Source: an uncultured Gemmatimonadaceae bacterium (lineage in GTDB: Bacteria > Gemmatimonadota > Gemmatimonadetes > Gemmatimonadales > GWC2-71-9). From it: a stretch of 64,000 nt of DNA. This document shows, in pieces, positions 26,807-39,671 of the stretch. A program made the translations under genes and the position numbers. The stretch spans positions 12,224 to 76,223 of the forward strand of contig CAZNLY010000007.1 in the NCBI GenBank assembly GCA_964574295.1, in the 5' to 3' direction. Positions within the stretch are counted from its first letter, which is position 1. Every line of letters begins with the position of its first letter. Under the pieces are notes generated by a model. The model was not told the origin of the DNA. It did not search any database and saw only the letters and a program-made list of their open reading frames with translations.

Positions 26807-28993
26807 CTATTGCGGGAGTGATGGGGTGGCGGACGAGGCGCCGGGCGCCTCCCGCCGCTCCACCTCGACGACGCCCTTCACGCGGCGCACCGCCTTGAGC
26901 ACCTTGGCCAGGTGGCCGAGGTTGTCCACTTCCACGAACACGGTGCCGAAGACGGTCCCGTCCTTGGTGTGGATGTCGGCGGAGCGGATGTTGGTGCCGG
27001 TCTGGCTGATGGCCGACATGATGTCGGCGTACAGGCCGCGGCGATCCTCGCCCGACAGGCCGAGCCGCACGGCGAACGCCTCCCCCTCCACCTCCTGCCA
27101 GTCGATGTCCACGCGCCGGCCCTCCGCGCTCAGCGTGAGGAGGTTGGGACAGTCGGCGCGGTGGATCGAGATCCCCCTGCCCTGCGTCACGTAGCCGGTC
27201 ACCGCGTCGCCGGGGACGGGCTGGCAGCACTGGGCATACCGGACCATCAGGCCGTCCACCCCCTGGATCTTGATCCCCCGCCCGAGCCGGATCCGGTCCA
27301 CCAGGCGGCCGAAGACGGTGGGCTTGGGCTCCGGCAGCTCGTCGGGGGGCCGGTCGGGGTGCAGCGCGCGGATGACCTGGCCGATGGCAACGTCGCCCCG
27401 CCCGATGCTGATCTCGAGCGCGGTGCCGCTGTGGAGGCCCAGGGCCTCGGCGGCCCGCTCGAGCTGCTCGGGAGGAGGCGGGTCGAGGCGGCGCCGGCGG
27501 AGCTCCCGCGTGAGGATCTCCCGCCCCAGCTGGAGGCTCACCGCCTCCTCCTCCTCGCGGATCCACTGCTTGATCTTGTGCCGGGCGCGTGCGGTGTGGA
27601 CGTGGTTCAGCCAATCCCGGCTGGGGCGCGCGTGCGGGCTGGTGAGGATCTCCACCGTGTCGCCGTTCTTGAGCTCGCGGTGCAGCGGGGCAATCCGCCC
27701 GTTGATCTTGGCGCCCTGGCAGTGGAGCCCGACCTCGGTGTGGACGTGGAAGGCGAAGTCGATCGGGGTGGCGCCCTTGGGGAGCCGCTTCACGTCGCCC
27801 CGCGGGGTGAACATGAAGATCTCGTCCTGGTACAGGTCCACCTTGAGGAACTCGAGGAACTCCTCGGGCGTGTGGGTGTCCTGCTGGAGCTCGAGGAGCT
27901 GCCGGAACCAGCCGAGCGCCTGGTCGAGCTCGTCGGCGCCCTTCCCCTCGTGCTTGTACACCCAGTGCGCCGCGATGCCGTACTCCGCCGTTCGGTGCAT
28001 CTCGCGGGTGCGGATCTGGACCTCGAAGAGCTCCCCGCCCGGCCCGAAGATGGTGGTGTGGAGCGACTGGTACGCGTTCGACTTGGGGCTCGCGATGTAG
28101 TCCTTGATGCGCTCCTGGAGGGGCGTCCAGTTGTGGTGGATGATGCCCAGGACGTGGTAGCACTCGGGCACCGTCCCGACGATCACCCGAACGGCCATCA
28201 GGTCGTAGATCTCGTCGAAGGGCTTGCCCCGCCGCTTGATCTTTTGCTGGATCGACCAGAGGTGCTTCGAGCGGCCGGTCACCTCCGCCGCAATCCCGGC
28301 CCGCCGGAGCTCCTCCTCGAGCGGCCGCCGGAGCCGGTCGATCATCTGCGCCCGCGCCTCCTGCTCCGCCGCCACCTGCTCCGCCAGCGCGCGGTACTCC
28401 TCGGGCTCCAGGAACCGGAAGGCGAGGTCCTCGAGCTCCGCCTTCATCCCGGCCATGCCGAAGCGGTGCGCCAGCGGGGCGTAGATCTCGCGCGTCTCGG
28501 TGGCGATCCGCACCTGCTTGGCCGGCTCGAGGTGCTCCAGCGTCCGCATGTTGTGGAGCCGGTCGGCCAGCTTGATGATGATGACCCGGGCGTCCTTGGC
28601 GATCGACAGGAGGAGCTTCCGGTAGTTCTCGACCTGCTCCTCCGCGGTGGAGCGGAAGGTGAGGTGCGAGATCTTCGTGAGTCCATCCACGATGGCGCCC
28701 ACCTCGGCCCCGAAGTCGCGCGCCACGTCCTCGACCCCGACGTCGGAGTCCTCGACCACGTCGTGCAGCAGGGCGGCGGCGATCGAGGTCGAGTCCGGGA
28801 GCTGTTCCGCGAGGATCAGGGCCACGGCGATGCTGTGCGACACGAAGTCCTCGCCCGAGGCGCGCTTCTGGCCCCGGTGCGCGGACGCGCTGAAGCGGAG
28901 GGCCCGCTCGATCAGGTCGAGATCGAGGCGGTCCCCGAGCCGCGCGAGCGCGGCGCGGAGGTCGGAGGCCTGGTCGAGCGTCGGTGCGGTCAC
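26807..28993 (-). CDS. rel: Bifunctional (p)ppGpp synthetase/hydrolase (RelA/SpoT homologue)
   Basis: The GTG at 28993 overlaps the radC stop (GTGA). HD hydrolase motif LLHDVVEDS, synthetase motifs YQSLHTTI and EVQIRTREMH, TGS domain (MFTPRGDVKRLPKGATPIDFA) and a C-terminal ACT-like region. Confidence 0.9.
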   Translation of the reverse strand: MTAPTLDQASDLRAALARLGDRLDLDLIERALRFSASAHRGQKRASGEDFVSHSIAVALILAEQLPDSTSIAAALLHDVVEDSDVGVEDVARDFGAEVGAIVDGLTKISHLTFRSTAEEQVENYRKLLLSIAKDARVIIIKLADRLHNMRTLEHLEPAKQVRIATETREIYAPLAHRFGMAGMKAELEDLAFRFLEPEEYRALAEQVAAEQEARAQMIDRLRRPLEEELRRAGIAAEVTGRSKHLWSIQQKIKRRGKPFDEIYDLMAVRVIVGTVPECYHVLGIIHHNWTPLQERIKDYIASPKSNAYQSLHTTIFGPGGELFEVQIRTREMHRTAEYGIAAHWVYKHEGKGADELDQALGWFRQLLELQQDTHTPEEFLEFLKVDLYQDEIFMFTPRGDVKRLPKGATPIDFAFHVHTEVGLHCQGAKINGRIAPLHRELKNGDTVEILTSPHARPSRDWLNHVHTARARHKIKQWIREEEEAVSLQLGREILTRELRRRRLDPPPPEQLERAAEALGLHSGTALEISIGRGDVAIGQVIRALHPDRPPDELPEPKPTVFGRLVDRIRLGRGIKIQGVDGLMVRYAQCCQPVPGDAVTGYVTQGRGISIHRADCPNLLTLSAEGRRVDIDWQEVEGEAFAVRLGLSGEDRRGLYADIMSAISQTGTNIRSADIHTKDGTVFGTVFVEVDNLGHLAKVLKAVRRVKGVVEVERREAPGASSATPSLPQ

Positions 28994-29673
28994 AGCAACC
29001 CCGCGGTGGCAAAGCTGGTGAAGCGGTCGCCGGCAATCACGACGTGGTCGTACACCGGGACGTCGAGGAGGCGCCCGGCCGCCACCAATTGCCGGGTCAC
29101 CGCCTGGTCTTCCGCCGAGGGAGTCGGATCCCCACTCGGGTGATTGTGCACCACGATGATGCCGGCGGCCGCCTCCGCGATGGCGGGGCGGAACACCTCG
29201 CGCGGGTGGACGAGCGAGCTGTTCAGGAGCCCGCGCGTCACCAGCACCTCTCGGAGCACGCGGGACTGGCTGTCGAGGGCCAGGAGCCGGAACTCCTCCA
29301 CCTCGAGGTCCCGGAGCCGGGGCCCGAGCAGGAGGACGACGTCGGCCGGGTCCGCGATGCGGGGCCGCGCCGGCCGCGCCTCCCCCGCCAGCCGGGCGGC
29401 CAGCTCGAAGGCGGCCATCAGGCGGGCGCCCTTGGCCGCCCCGATCCCCGGCACCCGCAGGAGTTCCGCCGGCGGGCGCGCGGCCAGGCGGCGCAACGAC
29501 CCACCCCCCGCCTCGAGGAGGCGGGCAGCGACTTCCCCGACTCGGGACTGGGACGACCCCGTCCCTAGGAGGATGGCGAGAAGCTCGCCCGGCGTCAACG
29601 CGGAGGGGCCCAGGGCCCAGAGGCGCTCGCGGGGGAGGTCGGGCGGCGGAGGCGGGGGACGGGAAGGCGACAC
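28990..29673 (-). CDS. radC: RadC-family JAMM/MPN protein
   Basis: 227 aa. ELLAILLGTGS, HhH-like VPGIGAAKGARL, and the JAMM motif VVHNHPSGDPTPSAEDQAVT. Confidence 0.85.
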   Translation of the reverse strand: MSPSRPPPPPPDLPRERLWALGPSALTPGELLAILLGTGSSQSRVGEVAARLLEAGGGSLRRLAARPPAELLRVPGIGAAKGARLMAAFELAARLAGEARPARPRIADPADVVLLLGPRLRDLEVEEFRLLALDSQSRVLREVLVTRGLLNSSLVHPREVFRPAIAEAAAGIIVVHNHPSGDPTPSAEDQAVTRQLVAAGRLLDVPVYDHVVIAGDRFTSFATAGLL

Positions 29674-29730
29674 GGCCCCAAGATGGGGCCGTGCAGGGGG
29701 AAACGAGGGGGCGAAAAGGCGCGGGGAGCG

Positions 29731-32879
<3,149 letters not shown>

Positions 32880-32883
<4 letters not shown>

Positions 32884-33455
32884 GCCGGTCCGTTCCTGTA
32901 CAGCCCGTGCCGGGCGATGTACTCCGCCACGGCGTCCGGGACGAGATAGCGAATCGATTGCCCGGCGGCGACGCGCCCCCGGACCGCCGTCGAGGAGATC
33001 TCGACGGCGGGTGCTTCCACTACCCGCTCCACCAGCGCGTGCGCAGGCAGAGGCGCCCCCGGCCGCGCGAAGGCCACGACCATGGCCAGCCCCGGGAGCG
33101 CGGCGGCCTCGTGCCACTGGCCGAGGTCGCGCGCGGCGTCGGCACCGAGCAGCACGGCAAAGCTCCGGCCCGGCTCCCGCGCCCGCAGCGCGCGCAGCGT
33201 GTCCACCGTGTAGGAGGGCCCCGGCCGCTCGGCCTCGAGCGCCTCCAGCGCAAACCCGGGCTCCCCGGCGATGGCCGCCGCCACCATCGCCACCCGGTGC
33301 CCGGCGGGGGCGGCGTGCCGGCCGCGCTTGAGCGGCTGCTCCCCCGTCGGCACGAACCGCAGTTCCTCCAGCCCCAGCGCCTCCGCCACCGCCCGGCCCA
33401 CGATCAGGTGCCCGAGGTGGATCGGGTCGAACGACCCTCCGAGCAGGCCCACCAT
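32880..33455 (-). CDS. nadD: Nicotinate-nucleotide adenylyltransferase
   Basis: The ATG at 33455 gives MVGLLGGSFDPIHLGHL (the (H/T)xGH motif), and later EISSTAVR. Its stop overlaps the secA start (ATGA). Confidence 0.9.
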
Positions 33456-33459
33456 CGCG

Positions 33460-34227
33460 TCACCCGCCCACGGGGGGGCAGAGCTTGTCCAGGTTCTTGG
33501 TGTCGGGGTGGAACTGGCGCAGCGCCCCGCACATTTCCTGCGCATCCTCCACGTAACCGAGCTTCCGGTAGGTGGTGACGAGCTGGACCAGCGCCTGCTG
33601 GGCCGACGACGTGCTCGGATACGCCGCCACGAGCGCCTTCATGTACAGGATCGCCGAGTCGTAGGCCTTCATCCGCAGGTAGTAGCGCGACGTCTCCCAT
33701 TCCTTGCCCGCAAACTTCTCGTTCAGGTCCGCCACCTGCTGGCGCGCCCGCGCCGCGGCGGGCGAATTGGGATAGCGGTTGAGCAGCTCGGTATAGGTGG
33801 CCAGCGCCGACTTGCCGTAGGTCGGGTCGAGGTCGGGCGCGCCCCAGAGCGTGGCGTAGGCGTCGCCGGCCCGATAGAGGGCGTCGGGCGCGAGCGGGTT
33901 GTTCGGGTAGTCGTCGGAAACCTTCCGGAACTCCCGCACCGCCTGGAGCTGGCTCTTGGTGGCGAAGTAGGACTCGCCGAGGAAGAAATGCGCCGTCGGG
34001 ACCCGGGGATCGCCCGGCTGGAACTCGAGCAGCACCCGCTGGAACTGCTCCGAGGCCTTCGTGAAGCCACCCATGCGGAAGTTCTTGAGCGCCGCCTGCC
34101 AGAGCGAGTCCACCGTCGTCGTCGGGGTCGTCGCGTCCACCGGCGCGGGGCCCACCGTCGGCGGGGCCTTTGGCGTGCAGGCCAATGCGGCCGTCACCAG
34201 GAGCGAGCCGGCCCAGCGCGCCCTCAC
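33460..34227 (-). CDS. bamD: Outer-membrane protein assembly factor BamD (YfiO-like TPR lipoprotein)
   Basis: The GTG at 34227 (VRARWAGSLLVTAALAC, a lipobox) overlaps the upstream stop (GTGA). BamD-like: AHFFLGESYF, YPNNPLAPDALYRAGDAY, YPNSPAAARARQQV, YYLRMKAYDSAI. Confidence 0.8.
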   Translation of the reverse strand: MRARWAGSLLVTAALACTPKAPPTVGPAPVDATTPTTTVDSLWQAALKNFRMGGFTKASEQFQRVLLEFQPGDPRVPTAHFFLGESYFATKSQLQAVREFRKVSDDYPNNPLAPDALYRAGDAYATLWGAPDLDPTYGKSALATYTELLNRYPNSPAAARARQQVADLNEKFAGKEWETSRYYLRMKAYDSAILYMKALVAAYPSTSSAQQALVQLVTTYRKLGYVEDAQEMCGALRQFHPDTKNLDKLCPPVGG

Positions 34228-35132
34228 CGGACACCGCCCGAGAGGGAGTCCGGCGGCGTCGCCGAGACGAGCGCGTTGAGCCGCGCCGAGGCGACGCGCC
34301 CCAGGGAATCCCCGGGTTCCCCGCTGGACAGGGCCACCTGAAACGCCAGCGCCGCGCCGACGAGGTCGCCCTGGCGGGCGCGGGCGTCGCCGAGGCCGAT
34401 CATCGCCGCCCGGCCGACCGCGGAGGTGGAGTCCACGGCAGCAGCGTCGCGGAACCACGCCTCCGCGCTGTCGGGGCGGGCCGCGAGCTGTGCGCCGCCC
34501 ATCTGCAGGTAGCACTGGACGAGGCCGGCCTCTGCCGCCGGATTCCCCGTGCGCCCGGCGCGCCGCGCCGCCGCCCGGAAGAGGGGGATGGCCTCGGCGC
34601 AGTCGTCACGCTGCAGGTAGCCGCTCGCCTGGCGGAGCAGCAACGAATCCGCGGTCCCGGGCTCCGAGGCCGTCGCGAGCGCCGCCGCCAGGTCGGCGGT
34701 CGGCACCGGCGCCTCGGCGCCCTGCACCAGCACCTGGGCGTGGCGCCCGAGCGAGCGGCCGGGGGCCACCTGCCGCAGCGCCGCCACCGCCTCCTCGAGC
34801 GCCGCCTGGTCGAGCCGGCGTTCCGCCGCCTGGATCACCCGCTCCAGTCCCTCCGCGGCCTCGTCGGCGCGCGTCAGGTCGGCCGCCGCCAGCGCGCGGT
34901 AGGCCTCGGTGGCCTCATGGAGCTGGCCGAGGTGGAGGGCGGAGGCGCCGACCTTGGCCCAGAGCCGCGCAGAGGGGGTTGTCTCGGCGAGCGGGGCGTA
35001 GGCGGCAAGCGCCTCCTGGTAGCGGCCGGCGCCGTACGCGGCGTCGCCGCGTCCCTCGGCGCCGCCATCGCCGCCGCAGGCCCCGAGGATTGCCACGGCC
35101 GCCGCCGCCAGGGTGAGTGCCCGAAGCGTCAT
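34224..35132 (-). CDS. Ala-rich helical-repeat (TPR-like) lipoprotein
   Basis: 302 aa. MTLRALTLAAAAVAILGAC (a lipobox). Repeated A/L/E-rich helix pairs. It has ATGA and GTGA overlaps with its neighbours. Confidence 0.65.
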   Translation of the reverse strand: MTLRALTLAAAAVAILGACGGDGGAEGRGDAAYGAGRYQEALAAYAPLAETTPSARLWAKVGASALHLGQLHEATEAYRALAAADLTRADEAAEGLERVIQAAERRLDQAALEEAVAALRQVAPGRSLGRHAQVLVQGAEAPVPTADLAAALATASEPGTADSLLLRQASGYLQRDDCAEAIPLFRAAARRAGRTGNPAAEAGLVQCYLQMGGAQLAARPDSAEAWFRDAAAVDSTSAVGRAAMIGLGDARARQGDLVGAALAFQVALSSGEPGDSLGRVASARLNALVSATPPDSLSGGVR

Positions 35133-35878
35133 CGGGTGCCGCGGGCCAGCATGGCGAGGTAGGCCTCCACGCGGGCATCCTCGGGGCGGCGGGTCAGGCA
35201 GTCGCGCCAGACCGTCTCCGCGCCCTCGGCGTCGCCCGACAGGTAGCGCGCCAGGCCGAGGAGGGCGAGCGCATCGAGGAAATTGGGCCGGGTGCGCACC
35301 ACGAGCTCGAGCTCCTCGCGCGCGGCGAGCGTCTGGCCCGCCTCGAGCTGCAGCCGCGCCAGCCGGTAGCGCAGGTCGGGGAACTTGGGCCCCAACCGGG
35401 TGGCCAGCGTCATCTGCTCGATGGCCGGTTCGAGGGCGCCAAGCTCCGCGTAGGCGTCCGCCACGGCGGCGTGCAGGTTGGCGAGGCGGCCCGCGGCGTG
35501 GGCGGGGAGGCCGGCGGTGAGGGGCTCTCCCTGCTGCGCCAGCTGGAACGATTCCTCCGCCTCCTCCCGGCGTCCAAGATCCATGAGGATCATGCCCCGG
35601 TGGATCAGCGCCTCGAGGTACCGGGAGTTGAGCGCCAGCGCGCGGTCGAACTCCCCGAGGGCGCGCTCCGGCATGCCGAGGAGGGAGTAGGAGACGCCGA
35701 GGAGGTGGTGCACGTCGGCGAAGGCCCGGCCGCCCGACACCACTTCCTCCAGCAGGTAGGCGGCGCCGCGGTAGTCCTGCAGCGCGAAGCGCTCCCGCGC
35801 CTGCTGGATCAGGTGCTCGGGGCTCACGTTCATCATGCCGCCGGGCATGGCGATTTCACGGCCTTCCGATGGAGACAT
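35129..35878 (-). CDS. Soluble TPR-repeat protein
   Basis: 249 aa with no signal peptide. It contains clear TPR units (HHLLGVSYSLLGMPERALGEFDRALALNSRYLEALIHRG...). The start may be ATG 35848 rather than 35878. Confidence 0.7.
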   Translation of the reverse strand: MSPSEGREIAMPGGMMNVSPEHLIQQARERFALQDYRGAAYLLEEVVSGGRAFADVHHLLGVSYSLLGMPERALGEFDRALALNSRYLEALIHRGMILMDLGRREEAEESFQLAQQGEPLTAGLPAHAAGRLANLHAAVADAYAELGALEPAIEQMTLATRLGPKFPDLRYRLARLQLEAGQTLAAREELELVVRTRPNFLDALALLGLARYLSGDAEGAETVWRDCLTRRPEDARVEAYLAMLARGTR

Positions 35879-37157
35879 AGGCGAACCCGAGGGCCCGCAT
35901 GCGGGCCGGGTCGTAGAGGTTGCGTCCGTCCACCAGGACCCGGCCCGCCATTTCGGTCCGCAGCCGCTCGAAGTCCGGGTTCCGGTACACCAGCCACTCG
36001 GTCACGATGACCAGGGCGTCGGCGCCGCGGGCCGCCGCGTACGGATCGTGGGCAAAGGTGACCCGCGCCCCGAACCGGGCCTTGGCGTTGTCCATGGCGT
36101 GCGGGTCGTGCGCCTGCACCCGCGCCCCGCCGGCCAGAAGGCCCTCGATGAGCTCCACTGCCGGGCTCTCGCGGATGTCGTCGGTCTCCGCCTTGAACGC
36201 CAGCCCCCAGACCGCCACCGTCCGCCCCGCACAGGATCCGCCGAGGGCGCGCTCGACCTTGGCCAGGAGCACCTGCTTCTGCCGGCGATTGACCGCCTCG
36301 ACCGCCTCGAGAAGGTCGGGCTCGAGTCCCGCGTCGCGAGAGGTCCGGATCAGGGCCTTCACGTCCTTGGGGAAGCAGGCCCCGCCGTACCCGGGACCCG
36401 GGAAGAGGAAGGCCGGCCCGATCCGGGCGTCGGTGCCGATGCCGCGCCGCACGCTGGAGACGTCGGCGCCGACCCGCTCGCAGAGGTTCGCGATCTGGTT
36501 CATGAACGAGATGCGCGAGGCCAGCATCGCGTTCGCCGCGTACTTCGTCACCTCGGCGGAGGGAATGTCCATGAAGAGCACCCGGTCGCTCTTCCGGAAG
36601 AACGGCGCGTAGAGGTCGGCCATGACCGCTCGGGCGTGGTCGTCCTCCACGCCCACCACCACGCGATCGGGATGCATGAAGTCCTCGACGGCGGCCCCTT
36701 CCTTGAGGAACTCCGGATTGGCGCAGATCGAGAACGGCGCCGCCGTCTCCGCGGCGATGGCCGCCCGGACCTTCTCGGCGGTGCCCACCGGCACGGTGGA
36801 CTTGGTGGCCACGACGGTGCCCGGCTGGAGGTGGCGGCCGACCACCCGCGCCACGTCGAGCACGTGCTGGAGGTCGGCGGAGCCGTCCTCCCCGGGCGGG
36901 GTGCCCACGGCAATGAACACGACGCGGGCCCGCGCCACCGCGGCCCCGACGTCGGTGGTGAAGGCGAGCCGCCCCTCCTCCTGGTTGCGGCGGACCAGCG
37001 GCTCCAGCCCCGGTTCGTAGATCGGGATGTCATTGGCCTTGAGCCGGGTCACCTTGTGCGCGTCCACGTCGGCGCAGACGACGTCGTTCCCGGTTTCCGC
37101 CAGGCAGGCCCCGGCCACCAGGCCGACGTAGCCGCTGCCGATGACCGTGACGCGCAT
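35856..37157 (-). CDS. ugd: UDP-glucose 6-dehydrogenase
   Basis: 433 aa. MRVTVIGSGYVGLV (Rossmann), GYGGACFPKDV (catalytic Cys) and AFKAETDDIRESPA. Confidence 0.9.
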   Translation of the reverse strand: MRVTVIGSGYVGLVAGACLAETGNDVVCADVDAHKVTRLKANDIPIYEPGLEPLVRRNQEEGRLAFTTDVGAAVARARVVFIAVGTPPGEDGSADLQHVLDVARVVGRHLQPGTVVATKSTVPVGTAEKVRAAIAAETAAPFSICANPEFLKEGAAVEDFMHPDRVVVGVEDDHARAVMADLYAPFFRKSDRVLFMDIPSAEVTKYAANAMLASRISFMNQIANLCERVGADVSSVRRGIGTDARIGPAFLFPGPGYGGACFPKDVKALIRTSRDAGLEPDLLEAVEAVNRRQKQVLLAKVERALGGSCAGRTVAVWGLAFKAETDDIRESPAVELIEGLLAGGARVQAHDPHAMDNAKARFGARVTFAHDPYAAARGADALVIVTEWLVYRNPDFERLRTEMAGRVLVDGRNLYDPARMRALGFAYVSIGRP

Positions 37158-37163
37158 CGGTCC

Positions 37164-38453
37164 TCAGACCCTCGCCATGGCGTGGCGGGTGTCCACCACC
37201 AGCCTGGCGTGCCGCTTGACCATGGCGTAGTCGATGGCGGTGTGGTCGGTCACGATCATCACGCAGTCCGCCGCCGCCAGCCGCTCCGGGGTGAGCGGCA
37301 CGCTGTGCACCGTCTTCCCCTCCTCGAGGAAGGTGGCCACGTGCGGGTCGTGGAACTCGACGTGCGCCCCCTGCTGCTCGAGGAGCTTGATGATGTCGAG
37401 GGCCGGGCTCTCCCGGAGGTCGTCGATGTCCCGCTTGTAGGCCACGCCGAGGATGAGCACGCGGCTCCCGCGCACCGAGCGGCTGGCCCCGTTCAGGGCG
37501 TCGGCCACCTTCCGCACCCAGAAGAGCGGCATCTCGGTGTTGACCTCGCCGGCGAGGTCGATGAAACGGGTCTTGTAGTTGAGCCCGCGCATCTTCCAGG
37601 CGAGGTAATGCGGGTCGATCGGGATGCAGTGGCCGCCGAGGCCCGGCCCAGGGAGGAACTTCATGAAGCCGAACGGCTTCGTGGCCGCAGCCTCGATGAC
37701 CTCCCAGACGTCCACGCCCAGCTTGTCGCAGACGATGGCCGTCTCGTTGACCAGCCCGATGTTGACGCTGCGGAAGGTGTTCTCGAGGATCTTGACCAGC
37801 TCGGCCGCCTCCGGTGAGGAGACCGGCACGAGGGTCTCGATGGCCGGGCGATAGAGCGCCTGCGTCACCTCGAGGCAGGCGGGCGTGATCCCGCCGATGA
37901 CCTTCGGGGTGTTCCGGGTGCCGTAGGTCGGGTTGCCCGGGTCCACCCGCTCGGGGCTGAACGCCAGGAAGAAGTCGCTGCCGACGGCGAGCCCGGTGCT
38001 CTCGAGGGCCGGGAGCATCAGTTCCCGCGTGGTGCCGGGATAGGTGGTGCTCTCGAGGATGATGGCCTGGCCGCGGCGGAGGGTCTTCCGGACCGACTCG
38101 GTGGACGCCTGGATGTAGCTGACGTCGGGATCCTTGAACTTCGAGAGCGGCGTCGGCACGCAGATCGAGATGGCGTCGGGCTCGCCCAGCCGGCTCAGGT
38201 CGGTGGTGGCCTCGAACCGGCCCGCCCGGAGGACCTCCTGCAGCGCAGCGTCCGAGATGTCCTTGACGTGCGAGCGCCCGGCGTTGAGCCCCTCCACGAC
38301 CCGCGGAAGGATGTCGAAGCCCAGGACCCTGTAGCCGGCCCGGGCCAGCTCGATCACGAGCGGCAGGCCCACGTAGCCGAGCCCGACGACGCCGAAGAGC
38401 ACCTCGCGGCGCTCGGCCTTGGCGATCAATGACTGTGCGGTGGTGTTGGTCAT
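37164..38453 (-). CDS. Nucleotide-sugar 6-dehydrogenase, UDP-GlcNAc/UDP-ManNAc type (WbpA/WecC-like)
   Basis: The ATG at 38453 gives MTNTTAQ...VVGLGYVGLPL. GLGGHCIPIDP (catalytic Cys) and GVAYKRDIDDLRESPA. The exact substrate is not assignable. Confidence 0.85.
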   Translation of the reverse strand: MTNTTAQSLIAKAERREVLFGVVGLGYVGLPLVIELARAGYRVLGFDILPRVVEGLNAGRSHVKDISDAALQEVLRAGRFEATTDLSRLGEPDAISICVPTPLSKFKDPDVSYIQASTESVRKTLRRGQAIILESTTYPGTTRELMLPALESTGLAVGSDFFLAFSPERVDPGNPTYGTRNTPKVIGGITPACLEVTQALYRPAIETLVPVSSPEAAELVKILENTFRSVNIGLVNETAIVCDKLGVDVWEVIEAAATKPFGFMKFLPGPGLGGHCIPIDPHYLAWKMRGLNYKTRFIDLAGEVNTEMPLFWVRKVADALNGASRSVRGSRVLILGVAYKRDIDDLRESPALDIIKLLEQQGAHVEFHDPHVATFLEEGKTVHSVPLTPERLAAADCVMIVTDHTAIDYAMVKRHARLVVDTRHAMARV

Positions 38454-39568
38454 CCCTGGTAGAACTCCCGGATGGCGGCGACGACGGCGTCCTGCTGGGC
38501 CGCAGTCAGCTCGGGGTAGATCGGCAGGGAGACGACTTCCTCCGCCGCGCGCTCGGTGATCGGCAGCGCCCCGCGGCGCTGGCCGAGGTAGGCAAAGCAG
38601 GGCTGCAGGTGGAGGGGCAGCGGGTAGTACACCTTGTGCCCGATGCCGCGCGCCTTGAGGTGGGCCAGCAGCGCCTCCCGCCGGTCGGCCCGGATGGTGT
38701 ACTGGTGGAAGATGTGCTCGTTCAGCGGGTCCACCGGCGGCGGGGTGACGCCGGCCACCCCGCCGAGCTGCTCGGTGTACCGGGTGGCGAGCTCGCGGCG
38801 GCGCTGGCTCCACGAGGCCAGGTAGGGCAGCTTCGCGAGGAGCACCGCGGCCTGGAGCGAGTCGAGGCGGCTGTTGAGCCCCACCTCGTCATGGAAGTAT
38901 TCCCGCGCCCCGCCGTGGAGGCGCTCCCGCTTGAGGCGATCGGTCAGCGCGTCGTCCTGGGCCACCATCATCCCGCCGTCGCCCCAGGCGCCGAGGTTCT
39001 TGGTCGGGAAGAAGGAGAAGGCACCGACCGTGCCCAGCTCGCCGGCGGCGCGCCACTGGCCGTCCACCTTGCGCCGGGCGCCGATGGACTGCGCCGCATC
39101 CTCGACCAGCATCAGGTTGTGCTTGCGGGCCAGCGCGGTGAGCGCCGCCATGTCGGCCATCTGCCCGAAGAGGTGCACCAGGACGATGGCCCGGGTCCGC
39201 GGCGTGATGGCCGCCTCGACCGCCTTCGGGTCGACGTTGAAGGTGCCGGGCTCGATCTCGGCGAAGACCGGCCGGCCGCCGGCGTTGTGGATGGCGCCGG
39301 CGGTGGCGAAGAAGGTGAACGCCGGGGCGATCACCTCGTCGCCCGGCTTGAGTCCCAGCACCCGGAGCGGAATCAGGAGGGCATCCGTCCCGCTGGCGCA
39401 GGCGATGCCGTGCTTCGCGCCGGAGAGCCGGGCCACCTGGGCCTCGAGCTGCGCCACCTCGGGCCCCATGATGAAGCCCTGGCGCTCGATGACGCTCATG
39501 ATGGCGGGGAGGACGGAGTCCTTGATGCCCTGGTACTGGGCCACAAGATCGAGCAGGGGGACGTTCAC
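38450..39568 (-). CDS. DegT/DnrJ/EryC1/StrS-family PLP sugar aminotransferase (WbpE-like)
   Basis: The GTG at 39568 gives VNVPLLDLVAQYQ. SGTDALL, FSFFPTKNLGAWGDGG (PLP Lys) and YYPLPLHLQPCF. Its stop overlaps the next start (ATGA). Confidence 0.85.
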   Translation of the reverse strand: MNVPLLDLVAQYQGIKDSVLPAIMSVIERQGFIMGPEVAQLEAQVARLSGAKHGIACASGTDALLIPLRVLGLKPGDEVIAPAFTFFATAGAIHNAGGRPVFAEIEPGTFNVDPKAVEAAITPRTRAIVLVHLFGQMADMAALTALARKHNLMLVEDAAQSIGARRKVDGQWRAAGELGTVGAFSFFPTKNLGAWGDGGMMVAQDDALTDRLKRERLHGGAREYFHDEVGLNSRLDSLQAAVLLAKLPYLASWSQRRRELATRYTEQLGGVAGVTPPPVDPLNEHIFHQYTIRADRREALLAHLKARGIGHKVYYPLPLHLQPCFAYLGQRRGALPITERAAEEVVSLPIYPELTAAQQDAVVAAIREFYQG

Positions 39569-39671
39569 CGGTGCATTCCTCGGTCGGGGGGCCAGCGACG
39601 CGCTGGCGAAACCGGGCGCCGCGGCGGGGCCGGAGAGCCCCGCCGCACGCAACCCACGGTAATCAATAAAG

